Shown in pieces: positions 48,492 to 57,075 of a stretch of DNA of 64,000 bases. The stretch spans positions 19,059 through 83,058 of IMG/VR virus record IMGVR_UViG_3300027759_003961. One strand, 5' to 3'. Within the stretch, counting starts at the first letter, position 1; each line of letters begins with the position of its first letter. A program made the translations under genes and the position numbers. The DNA is from a virus. Taxonomy: Duplodnaviria > Caudoviricetes. The notes beneath the pieces are model-generated. The model was given only the letters and a program-made list of their open reading frames with translations, was not told the origin of the DNA and did no database searches.

Positions 48492-48509
48492 ATTACACTT
48501 GTGTTACAC
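48492..48509 (-). promoter_or_regulatory. Pho-box-like (PhoB/OmpR-family) tandem repeat
   Basis: GTGTAAC-ACAA-GTGTAAT, 11 bp period, about 34 nt upstream of the phosphoesterase start. Confidence 0.5.
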
Positions 48510-48662
48510 CCTTACAAGTGTCCATTTACCATCAAATGATTTGCCTGCGGCCTTGTGCTTAACGATCTTGGCGAATTCCTTCTTGCGAAGTTCCTGCTGT
48601 TTCTCAGCGTCATGGTTGATGCAGGCCTGATACACTTTACGAATCAATTTATTCTGTTTCAT
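48504..48662 (-). CDS. Small basic hypothetical protein
   Basis: MKQNKLIRK..., AGGAGG RBS. Confidence 0.6.
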   Translation of the reverse strand: MKQNKLIRKVYQACINHDAEKQQELRKKEFAKIVKHKAAGKSFDGKWTLVRV

Positions 48663-48734
48663 TGCCCTATCCTCCTTTTGTAATAAAACTGTAACACAAG
48701 TATATATCAAAAGTCAATCAAAGAATTGTGACAA

Positions 48735-48760
48735 AGAAAAAAGGACCGAAGTCCTTTTTG
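48735..48760. terminator. Bidirectional intrinsic terminator
   Basis: AAAAAGGAC-CGAA-GTCCTTTTT (TTCG loop on the minus strand). Confidence 0.85.
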
Positions 48761-48837
48761 ATTCTGGTTACGAGCTCCAGAGACACTCTATCTTTGTGTC
48801 CGGTTGAGTTATTTACTTTTTGAATGTTACGGTTGTA

Positions 48838-49350
48838 TTACGAATTCAACACCTTTGCTACGCTGTTGATCACTGCAGCAATACGTCCAATGTCACGAAG
48901 TTGTTCTACTGAATAGCCCATCTTCTTTAATCCATCGTAGTGTGCTCGAACACAAAAGTGACACTTGCCCACAATACTTGCGGCCAAACTATAAGACTCA
49001 AAGCGTTCTTTAGTTGTGCCACCGTGTGACGCAATAGCATTCATACGCAACTGAGCAGGCAAGCCACTTAGGGCATCATCACCGGCCATTTCAACATATG
49101 GGTACCATACATTGTTTTGAGCCATGATTGCCGAAGCTGTCATTGCGGCGTCACGTTCAGTGGCATCTTCCATGCTTGACTGTATAAATGTAACGAGTTT
49201 GCCATTACCTGTTGCCATTGCGGCTGCAAGAGCACATCCGTTAGCTTCAACAACATCAAGGGTGCTACGATTAATAACACCATCAAGATTAAGTCGTGTG
49301 TCTTTGGCATAATCAGGCAAGGCCTCTTTGATCGTATCTACCCATGACAT
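48838..49350 (-). CDS. ahpD: Alkyl hydroperoxide reductase AhpD
   Basis: LPDYAKDTRLNL, MAQNNVWY, CHFCVRAH. Confidence 0.92.
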   Translation of the reverse strand: MSWVDTIKEALPDYAKDTRLNLDGVINRSTLDVVEANGCALAAAMATGNGKLVTFIQSSMEDATERDAAMTASAIMAQNNVWYPYVEMAGDDALSGLPAQLRMNAIASHGGTTKERFESYSLAASIVGKCHFCVRAHYDGLKKMGYSVEQLRDIGRIAAVINSVAKVLNS

Positions 49351-49889
49351 TACAGTGTCTCCCCACCTACTGTGCGGTTACATGCACAGAGCTCACCTGT
49401 TTGAAGTGCGTCCAATACACGCAATGTTTCTTCTGGGCTACGACCAACATTCAAGTTGTTGACAGTAACATGCTGAATAACATTGTCTGGGTCAACAATG
49501 AATGTGGCACGAAGTGCGGCACCAGCTGGTGCATAGAATACACCAAGTTGTTCAATCAAGCTCAACTCACCACGCTGTGTGTCAGCGAATTGGTTGTGTG
49601 TGATCTTCTTTAAATCACTGTGGGCTGTTTGCCAGCTAACTTTACAGAACTCATTGTCTGTGCTACCTGTGAGCAGGACTGCGTCACGGTCAGCAAAGTC
49701 ACGTGTCAATTTGTCATAGGCTACAATTTCTGTTGGGCATACAAATGTAAAATCTTTTGGATAGTAAACAATTACTTTCCACTTGCCAGCAAATGATTCT
49801 TCTGTGATATCAAAGAACGCATCTTCTGGTTGCCCTGGCTTGACGCCGGTTACTACAAACTTCTCTAATTTATGTCCTACTGTTTTCAT
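49350..49889 (-). CDS. ahpC: Peroxiredoxin AhpC
   Basis: YPKDFTFVCPTE, LRATFIVDP, GELCAC. Confidence 0.95.
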   Translation of the reverse strand: MKTVGHKLEKFVVTGVKPGQPEDAFFDITEESFAGKWKVIVYYPKDFTFVCPTEIVAYDKLTRDFADRDAVLLTGSTDNEFCKVSWQTAHSDLKKITHNQFADTQRGELSLIEQLGVFYAPAGAALRATFIVDPDNVIQHVTVNNLNVGRSPEETLRVLDALQTGELCACNRTVGGETL

Positions 49890-50238
49890 GCACATCTCCT
49901 TAAGTTAAAATTGGTGACTCAGTGTTAATACTGATATATTGATTGTACATTAATTTATCCTATTAATCTACGATTTTAATAGATTTTTTCAGAATATTTT
50001 TTAATAATGCTTATAGATTTTTTTAATAACGTAACCAAAGAAAAAGGGCTGTTAACCCCATTTCTCATGATACCGTTCTAAAGCCCGTTTACGGGCCAAA
50101 ACAAGTCTAAGTTTTATTTCGTCTGATAAATCATCCTGTACTTCTGCTGACTGATTGACCAACTCTGGACGACGATACCCAACTTGAAATTCTGGAACTT
50201 CATTGTAGTAGTCAGGTTCGTCGTCTTCGAGTCGAAGA

Positions 50239-50418
50239 TTACTTAGCGGCTTTTGCGTCCTTGGCAGGTGCTGTCTTGGCTTCGCTTTTTGCAGGCGCTT
50301 TAACATCCTTTGCAGGTGCTGTTACAGCAGGCTTGGCTTCTTCTTTCTTGGCAGGAGCTGTCTGTGCAAAAGCTGTCAATGCAAATACACTTGCTACGAT
50401 TGCGAGTAATGATTTCAT
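50239..50418 (-). CDS. Small exported Ala/Lys/Pro-rich protein (59 aa, not in ORF track)
   Basis: MKSLLAIVASVFALTAFA|QTAPAKKEEAKP..., four APAK repeats, AAGGA RBS. Confidence 0.75.
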   Translation of the reverse strand: MKSLLAIVASVFALTAFAQTAPAKKEEAKPAVTAPAKDVKAPAKSEAKTAPAKDAKAAK

Positions 50419-50626
50419 TTTGAATTTCCTTTAAGGTTAAGTATGCTGGGATGACTACAAGGTCCGCTACGCCGTTTATCACAGTCAGGGCATTTCATTC
50501 GCAAATATGAATCTTGCGTAGAGTATCCTACTTTAGGATCTTTGTAGTGGGGTTTTGTAGTTGTTAACACGATGCCTCCTAGCATACTATATTAACGCTT
50601 AGGAGTTACACTAAGTTGACAACTGT

Positions 50627-51691
50627 TTACTCTTTTTTGCCTATATATTCGTGACTGTAGCAAACACGGTCTGCATCCCTTAGAGCAATTTGAGCATTGC
50701 CACCATAGCCCGGCATGGCTCTGATGCTGCCATCTTTGAGTAGATAACTGCCTTTTCTACTTTTTTTGTTAGTACTGGTGGCACGCCACAAAGGACTCTT
50801 TTCTCTGTGCTCACCAAAGCTGGGATGGGCTGTTTTACTGAAGTATCTCAATCCACGGCCAACATAGATTTCGGCAATGGCATCACTGAAGGCAGTGCCT
50901 ATACCCATGCCCTGAAACTCAGGTAAGATCACAGTTCTATGACCGCGCCAGTAACTGTGAATGTCTCGGTTAGTTGAATGTATGGCAGCATGGAACCCAA
51001 TGGGCTTGTCACCCAACAATAACACATAGCAATGAACGCTACGGCTCATACGTGTGTCTAGATAGTGATACTTACTGAAATATCGCCAATAGTCCGGACC
51101 TGTGCTTCGGATGGTGAGTGCAAGTTGTGGTCTTGTCCCCAATCGATAAAGTGACCTCCGGTTTTCAAGTTTCTGCAGGTCAGTATCATACACCCATTCT
51201 GGGTCTAACCAGTCAATTATATCTCTATGGCAACTTGCAATATATAGTGGATCTGTAGTGCCGCGTTGATCATAAAATTTACGAATACTCAACGCTAGAC
51301 TCTTAGCAGTGTCACGATCTACCACACTAGTAAATTCATCTACTGTGCTGAGTCCTTGATCCAAACACATGGCCATTTCAAAGCGGTGGTGTTCGCCATT
51401 GCTCAGGGTATGTGGTGGACGGAACCAAGTTGGTATGCTACGCAAGCCACAGGCCAGTAATAATTCTTCGCCGCGTTCAGGTGTAGAGAAGTTTTCAACA
51501 ACCGTATTATAAAATTCAACTTTGGGTTGAACATGCTTGCCTAGACTACGTAGAATAGTGCTTTTACCGCTACCTGACGTACCTACAATTAATACAATGC
51601 CATCTTGTGGAAGCTCTGGAATGACTACCGACGTTTCCTTATAATCAGTGATGTCGTACTTGCGTTTAATTTCTTCTAAATAGTTAGTCAT
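50627..51691 (-). CDS. ABC-type ATPase fused to GNAT acetyltransferase
   Basis: GTSGSGKST, LSNGE, DEFTSVVDR, SCH; then HRTVILPEFQGMGIG. Confidence 0.85.
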   Translation of the reverse strand: MTNYLEEIKRKYDITDYKETSVVIPELPQDGIVLIVGTSGSGKSTILRSLGKHVQPKVEFYNTVVENFSTPERGEELLLACGLRSIPTWFRPPHTLSNGEHHRFEMAMCLDQGLSTVDEFTSVVDRDTAKSLALSIRKFYDQRGTTDPLYIASCHRDIIDWLDPEWVYDTDLQKLENRRSLYRLGTRPQLALTIRSTGPDYWRYFSKYHYLDTRMSRSVHCYVLLLGDKPIGFHAAIHSTNRDIHSYWRGHRTVILPEFQGMGIGTAFSDAIAEIYVGRGLRYFSKTAHPSFGEHREKSPLWRATSTNKKSRKGSYLLKDGSIRAMPGYGGNAQIALRDADRVCYSHEYIGKKE

Positions 51692-52260
51692 TATACCACT
51701 CTAAAAAAGTCAAAATGATCTTGTAAAGTCCACGTGTCAAGATCTACAACCGATTGTCCGTTGTATGTTTCAATTGCAATATCAGCTAGGGCAATTTTAT
51801 AGCGTTTAAAAAAGAACCAACCATCCGGTGTACTGTCATGTAACCCTTTTTGTCGTAACATGGAATCAACCCGGCGACTTACGCGACATGTAGGAACATT
51901 TAATGCTTGATTAATTGAAAGCTCGCCTGCAATTAATTTGTCTCGTATAGTTGATGCTGGAATCACGTGTTCAAATATACAATCTTTAGCAGATAAACTT
52001 ACACCACGCTGATGGTAATGGCTTTTAATTTTACCTTGAATAGCATATTTGTGATATCTACGAATCCAATGATCAATGCTGTCTCTTAGTAATCTTGCTC
52101 GCATATCATCTTCAATTACAGTATTTCTATACAGATCAAGTAATCTTTCAAGTTCTTCGGTAGTAGTCAACAAAGCCTGCTCGTATGCTTTGTCGTTACG
52201 TTTAACATTAACATATTTTTTTCCACGCATGTTTTGCATGTTTTCTTGTAAGGTAGGCAT
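51691..52260 (-). CDS. Hypothetical protein, HNH/His-Me nuclease-like
   Basis: CIFEHVIP motif. Confidence 0.55.
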   Translation of the reverse strand: MPTLQENMQNMRGKKYVNVKRNDKAYEQALLTTTEELERLLDLYRNTVIEDDMRARLLRDSIDHWIRRYHKYAIQGKIKSHYHQRGVSLSAKDCIFEHVIPASTIRDKLIAGELSINQALNVPTCRVSRRVDSMLRQKGLHDSTPDGWFFFKRYKIALADIAIETYNGQSVVDLDTWTLQDHFDFFRVV

Positions 52261-52261
52261 A

Positions 52262-53467
52262 TTAGTACAAGTCCTTTCGAGCAGGAATAAACGGAGTACT
52301 AGCGTTCAAGGTAGGTATGCGTCCACCCGTCCAGGTCTTAGATAATTGGTGCCACAAAAATGTGCCGCCTGTATTCCAGTTCTTAGCTACCTTAACATGC
52401 TTGGGTTGGTGCTGTGCTGGCATACCTGCATAGTATTGTTTGTGCCAATTTTCGTAAGATGTACGAATCTTAATCCAGAAATCACTACTTTCATGAAAGT
52501 CTGCATCAAACAGTTCATGCAAGTGATCTCCTAAACTAACAATTTCATCATCGGTATAGTCAATGCCATCTTCCTTGGCCATATTAAACCAAGCGCACAT
52601 GATCTCAATTTCTTGAGAAACAATATTGCGTGGATTAGGAATAGTAGTAGTGTACATACAGAACTTACGAATTATGTCGCTAGTGTACTTGTCAATTTCT
52701 GCCATACGACTGATAGCGCCTGGCATATGAGTATCACCAAATTTTTCTGCGGTAACAAACAATCCCGCCTGTTCTAGGTACTGTTGTTTACGTTCTGCTT
52801 CAAGCCATTCGGCTTTTTTATTACCATCAAGGCGCACACCTAATACCATCTGACGAAACAGATCAATACTATCCAAACGCAATTTGCCAATGTCACTGTT
52901 ACCACTAACAAAGTTTTCGCGAATATCTGCACGATTTTTAACCTTGTATAAAATACTAGGAACCATAACCTTTTTAGGGTCCTGACCAAAAATCATTACT
53001 GCAATAATCCAATACACAATTGCGGTATGCTGTGCGTCCCAACTTGCAAACAGTTTAGTGCCCACTGGGTAGATTTTGGCTAAATCTCCCCCGGCTGTAA
53101 CTTCGTATAGTTTGATAGGATCAGCTTGTGGTTCGCGGAAGTTCTTGAGAATTTCAATAACCCAAGTCAGGTTAAGCACTCGCTGGATTGTAATATCAAT
53201 TAAGATATCCGACATAGGGGTAAGACCGGCTACACATAATTGCAAGTCTTCAAAACATTTAACCAGTGGATTGTTTTTTTGGAATACTTTAATAGCATTC
53301 TTGAGTTGACTGCGTACTCCTGCGCCTTTCATGGGCTCAAGTATAGAAACAGTGTCGTTGAATCGTTGATTTAAATCAACATATTTAGAACCAGTATGAT
53401 TATACTGTGCGTTCTGCTGTGCCGCATAACTTTGCGGTATTGCTGGTGAAATAAAATTTGTTGCCAT
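52262..53467 (-). CDS. Hypothetical protein with ParB/DGQHR-like N-terminal domain
   Basis: IDITIQR...WDAQHT. Confidence 0.6.
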   Translation of the reverse strand: MATNFISPAIPQSYAAQQNAQYNHTGSKYVDLNQRFNDTVSILEPMKGAGVRSQLKNAIKVFQKNNPLVKCFEDLQLCVAGLTPMSDILIDITIQRVLNLTWVIEILKNFREPQADPIKLYEVTAGGDLAKIYPVGTKLFASWDAQHTAIVYWIIAVMIFGQDPKKVMVPSILYKVKNRADIRENFVSGNSDIGKLRLDSIDLFRQMVLGVRLDGNKKAEWLEAERKQQYLEQAGLFVTAEKFGDTHMPGAISRMAEIDKYTSDIIRKFCMYTTTIPNPRNIVSQEIEIMCAWFNMAKEDGIDYTDDEIVSLGDHLHELFDADFHESSDFWIKIRTSYENWHKQYYAGMPAQHQPKHVKVAKNWNTGGTFLWHQLSKTWTGGRIPTLNASTPFIPARKDLY

Positions 53468-53551
53468 TTTGTAATACCTTTCCAAGTTGTGATTTTCTCC
53501 GGCGTAGCCAGTGGCATGTCCATTGATAATTTAAATTTTTACTACGATTAC

Positions 53552-53582
53552 AGTATAACACAAATACTTAGTTGTGTCAACC
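53552..53582 (-). promoter_or_regulatory. Early promoter
   Basis: GGTTGACA-N17-TATACT. Confidence 0.7.
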
Positions 53583-53589
53583 CCCACAT

Positions 53590-53828
53590 AATAGAGTGCT
53601 CTGCAACCCCCGGTGGTCAATTATACCCTTATCTTTCGCAACACCCCTCTCGGTGTCGCCTCTGGTTATCCGATAGGATTCAGCAGAGAAATAAAGCAAG
53701 TCCTCACCCACTCACGACAGGGTCCGTTACGCATTGCCAGCGCCAGTTGGGGTTTGACTGGGACCATCCGCGGTTGACTAAACCACTTATCGTGCGGATC
53801 ACACTAGCCCAGAGTCACCCGGGCGCAA
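53590..53828 (-). ncRNA. Candidate structured non-coding RNA; family unknown
   Basis: GC-rich intergenic gap with several nested stems. Confidence 0.45.
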
Positions 53829-53832
53829 ACTT

Positions 53833-54024
53833 TTATTGTAGCGTATCTCCTTCGATACCGTCAAATACACTACAACCACGTTGTTCTGCTTCGTACATCA
53901 ACTTGTCTGTTGCGGCATCGCAGGCAATTTCAAACAGTTCATCAATCTCCGCTTGAGTTAGGTGATATTCTGGAATCTGGCCTGCCATTACAGCTTCTGC
54001 TATCATGAGTCGGTCTTCAGTCAT
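53833..54024 (-). CDS. Small hypothetical protein
   Basis: MTEDRLMIAE..., AGGAG RBS. Confidence 0.6.
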   Translation of the reverse strand: MTEDRLMIAEAVMAGQIPEYHLTQAEIDELFEIACDAATDKLMYEAEQRGCSVFDGIEGDTLQ

Positions 54025-54196
54025 TTTGTATCTCCTGGAATCTTTCTGTAAATGCCTCAAGCAAACAACTGTATTCTTGTTGAGTTTTGGTATTGTAATA
54101 ATACACAGTCAACCCTGCAGGTGTTTGTATGACTTCGTTGACTCCAAAGATCCGACCTTGACTGTCGGTGAATTGTTTTCGAAATTGTGTTGTCAT
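54017..54196 (-). CDS. Small hypothetical protein (59 aa, not in ORF track)
   Basis: MTTQFRKQF...YSCLLEAFTERF; TAATG coupling. Confidence 0.6.
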   Translation of the reverse strand: MTTQFRKQFTDSQGRIFGVNEVIQTPAGLTVYYYNTKTQQEYSCLLEAFTERFQEIQND

Positions 54197-54552
54197 TAGT
54201 ATTGTGCCCGTGCTAATCTTTGTTCTCTATGAGCATGCCAACTTGCTTCTAAGTCAGCATCATGTTTAAAAAGTTTTTGGTATGCCCGGTCTGTGACTCC
54301 GTAGCCTTCATTCATGGAGCCATGTTCAAAAAAGTCATAGTCCACAGTCCAGCGTGGAATGATATCCCCTTGTGCGTCACCGTCGTGCAATATAGGTATT
54401 TGTTTCCACTGAAATACCAAGCTGTCAATGACCTGTTGCCAATAACCTTTTGCCCAGGATTTTCTTTTGGCCTGTTTATAACAAGCCCGAGCATGGTCTA
54501 ACCGGTTACCAAGTATTTCTATCTCGTTGCCAAAGTGTCTGTAATTTTTCAT
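54196..54552 (-). CDS. Hypothetical protein
   Basis: 118 aa; promoter at 54562-54590. Confidence 0.65.
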   Translation of the reverse strand: MKNYRHFGNEIEILGNRLDHARACYKQAKRKSWAKGYWQQVIDSLVFQWKQIPILHDGDAQGDIIPRWTVDYDFFEHGSMNEGYGVTDRAYQKLFKHDADLEASWHAHREQRLARAQY

Positions 54553-54591
54553 AGTAATAATAGTTTAACAAAAAGATATTTTATGGTCAAC

Positions 54592-55338
54592 CTATGCTGA
54601 ATCAGACAAAATGGTTATTGCACCTTGTTTTTCCTTGGGCATACACAGCATGTTTTGGTAGTCAACTATAAAAAACTCATAATTTTCAACTGAATTCAAC
54701 ACCTGTTTGATTGGGTCTACTCCGGTAATAAAATATTCAACCCAAATCCAAGGACGATGTCGTTTAATTGTTTCAAGTGCTCCGGCAAGTGCTGGGATTT
54801 CATAACCTTCTACGTCTAACTTAAAAAAATCTAATCTAGGCAATGCCATGGTATCAATACTGACAATGTCCACCACACGATCCTCCATCCACCCATCTTC
54901 GTTGACAGTGGTTTCATCACTCAGCGACACGGTACCAAAGTCTTGGGCTATGCTGTAGTCCACTGCGGGCAGTTGTGCCGTCCCAGGTTCCGCTCCTAGT
55001 CCACAGTTGTGTAGATACACGTGACGGTATCCGTTGATAGCTAAACTACCGCCTAGTGCTTGAAATAGTTGACGCTGTGGTTCAAAACTGACGATTCTAG
55101 TGCCGCGCCCTTGAGTTCTATGTGCCACAGGCACAGTAAAAAATCCAATGTTGGCACCACCGTCAACGATTACAGCATCATTGGGCAGGGTATCAACAAT
55201 GGCAAAAATATTGTTTAATTCACTTTCAATATGAGTGCGGCCTGTTTTGACTAATGCTTCAGCTTGGAACAAACAGGTTCTAGCCACAATAAATTTGCCA
55301 TACACACTGTCTAGCACTACAAAATTATCTACCTTCAT
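54592..55338 (-). CDS. FkbM-family methyltransferase
   Basis: VDGGANIG, SFEPQ, KLDVEGYE. Confidence 0.9.
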   Translation of the reverse strand: MKVDNFVVLDSVYGKFIVARTCLFQAEALVKTGRTHIESELNNIFAIVDTLPNDAVIVDGGANIGFFTVPVAHRTQGRGTRIVSFEPQRQLFQALGGSLAINGYRHVYLHNCGLGAEPGTAQLPAVDYSIAQDFGTVSLSDETTVNEDGWMEDRVVDIVSIDTMALPRLDFFKLDVEGYEIPALAGALETIKRHRPWIWVEYFITGVDPIKQVLNSVENYEFFIVDYQNMLCMPKEKQGAITILSDSA

Positions 55339-55601
55339 CACATCCATTTCATTGTAAATGCTAAACAATCACGTTCTGAATCAAAGTAAAAAATATATCT
55401 TCCAGGTTTATGATCGCTACTTACTTCAACTAGTTGCCAGCGCCATTCTGCTGACAGTTCTTCTTTGCACCAATCCAATACCGATTCAAGCACACCAAAA
55501 GGTTTGGCTATCTCTTGTGCGTGACGAAAACTGTCTCGATCCCTTGTGTACTGCATGGGACTTTTTAACAAGGGTTCTGGGCGGATTTTACGCAAGGTCA
55601 T
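55338..55601 (-). CDS. Hypothetical protein
   Basis: 87 aa ORF. Confidence 0.65.
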   Translation of the reverse strand: MTLRKIRPEPLLKSPMQYTRDRDSFRHAQEIAKPFGVLESVLDWCKEELSAEWRWQLVEVSSDHKPGRYIFYFDSERDCLAFTMKWM

Positions 55602-55992
55602 GCAAGGATTCGGTTAACAAATTTTGTGGCAGTTGCCAGAATACATAACTGTCACGAATGTCTAGCACATAGCCCTCACTGGGCTTTCCTGATTTAGGAC
55701 TAGTCATTTCATAAAAGAAAAACTGAATATCATCTTGTATCCAAGTGCGTTTGGTATAATAACTTGGATAGCCTTCAAACGCATCTAAACTCTGTTCGCA
55801 TTCGGGAGTAATTTCCCATAGTACACCAGCTACTTGGTTGCCTCGCTTGGGCTCAATAGTGGCGTGATTATAAAATTTAAGTTCCCAGTCACGAAGAATA
55901 AATGCCTGTCGTGCCAGGGCTTTGGGACAACGCCACTCCATTTGTCCTGGGTGCATGTTTGCCCCATACGCAAAATATAGATTCTTTAACAT
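55588..55992 (-). CDS. Gamma-glutamylcyclotransferase (AIG2-like)
   Basis: YFAYGANM, VAGVLWEI, LDAFEGYP. Confidence 0.85.
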   Translation of the reverse strand: MLKNLYFAYGANMHPGQMEWRCPKALARQAFILRDWELKFYNHATIEPKRGNQVAGVLWEITPECEQSLDAFEGYPSYYTKRTWIQDDIQFFFYEMTSPKSGKPSEGYVLDIRDSYVFWQLPQNLLTESLHDLA

Positions 55993-56207
55993 GTTACCTC
56001 ACTAAACTTCAATTTAAAAATAAATGCATCTTTTGGATTACGGAATGACCATGTCATCTTGTCCGGACCGATATCTGTAATGAATCGATCACCTGGGCAA
56101 CCAAACATTTCAATACTGGAGGCACAAAGTTCATTCCAGTAATGCATGGTGTCTGCGCCCTGTCCCCAATGCACTGAGACCGGATAGGCAAATTCAGGAT
56201 CTGTCAC
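55986..56207 (-). CDS. Hypothetical protein
   Basis: 73 aa ORF. Confidence 0.6.
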   Translation of the reverse strand: MTDPEFAYPVSVHWGQGADTMHYWNELCASSIEMFGCPGDRFITDIGPDKMTWSFRNPKDAFIFKLKFSEVTC

Positions 56208-56452
56208 AGATAAGTCTTTTCAATATACTGGTCTGCCCAATCTATGCCGCCTGTGTTATAAAACAGGTGATTGTCATGTAACCCAAATCGATTACAAAAA
56301 CTTTGTCCGTATCGTTGTCCGTGTAAGGCTTCCCAAATGAAATCTTCTTTCCATTGCAAGTATTCCTCACGATCAATCTTGCCAGACCAAACTTTCAATG
56401 GAGTATTGGTTTGTTGCATTGCAGTTACCATTTGTTCAAACGAATTTGTCAT
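56204..56452 (-). CDS. Hypothetical protein
   Basis: RYGQSFCNRF motif. Confidence 0.6.
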   Translation of the reverse strand: MTNSFEQMVTAMQQTNTPLKVWSGKIDREEYLQWKEDFIWEALHGQRYGQSFCNRFGLHDNHLFYNTGGIDWADQYIEKTYL

Positions 56453-56455
56453 ATA

Positions 56456-56989
56456 CTATTTTAACACACTTTCGCCATTTGTGTCAACTTCTGTCCAGGT
56501 ATAATCACCTAGCCATTTTACTCTGCAAACATATTCATAATAGTCGGGTTTGGTTGTGGTCCACTCCGTCGGTCCGGTTTGGACTAGGATGGTACCACCA
56601 TGTCTATGATCGCGGGCCAACCAATAGCACTGACCATGGTATATTTGAAAACTATATTTGGCTGCATGCACTAGGTCGGTAATATCCAACCGCTTACGCA
56701 CATCATCTGCTTGGCGTTGTAGTACTTCAACCAACTCCATGATACGACGGTATTCCTGATGTCCATGCATACGGGCCACATTGACCATCTGATCCTTTTG
56801 TTTTTCAACGGGAATAAGTTCAAATGCAGGGCCACCAACTTCGGTAGGGTAAGGTGTTACACTCCGGTTAAAGAATTGAATTAGCTCGCCGGTTGATTCG
56901 CTGTCGTAACTGTCGCGACCATCGGCAAGATTACTTTTCTTCTTGCTCTTAGGGTTGCGTGGATCGTCGGGCGGCAAGGTTAGTCCCAT
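56456..56989 (-). CDS. Hypothetical protein (DUF2452-like)
   Basis: PYPTEVGGPAF, GQCYWL, GDYTW. Confidence 0.65.
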   Translation of the reverse strand: MGLTLPPDDPRNPKSKKKSNLADGRDSYDSESTGELIQFFNRSVTPYPTEVGGPAFELIPVEKQKDQMVNVARMHGHQEYRRIMELVEVLQRQADDVRKRLDITDLVHAAKYSFQIYHGQCYWLARDHRHGGTILVQTGPTEWTTTKPDYYEYVCRVKWLGDYTWTEVDTNGESVLK

Positions 56990-57075
56990 TATTATATTTT
57001 CTTAGGTAAATAAAAATGCCAATCGCGATACTCGACATATCCACCGGCTCTAACAGTTGAAAAGGAACTATCAGC

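Noticed and set aside
9346-49889. Bacterial chromosome origin, suggested by clpA, dnaJ, infA, sod and ahpC
   Set aside because: These genes are interspersed with tail, baseplate, lysis and clamp-loader genes and phage promoter motifs, without bacterial operon context.
53640-53690. GCTGAATCC suggesting a c-di-AMP (ydaO) riboswitch
   Set aside because: The conserved downstream elements are missing.
53721-53775. Resemblance of ATGGTCCCAG...CTGGCGC to the HDV ribozyme
   Set aside because: I could not build the P1/P1.1/P2/P3 double pseudoknot; the similarity looks superficial.
53489-53956. 155 aa plus-strand ORF
   Set aside because: Antisense to a real gene and a promoter, with atypical composition.
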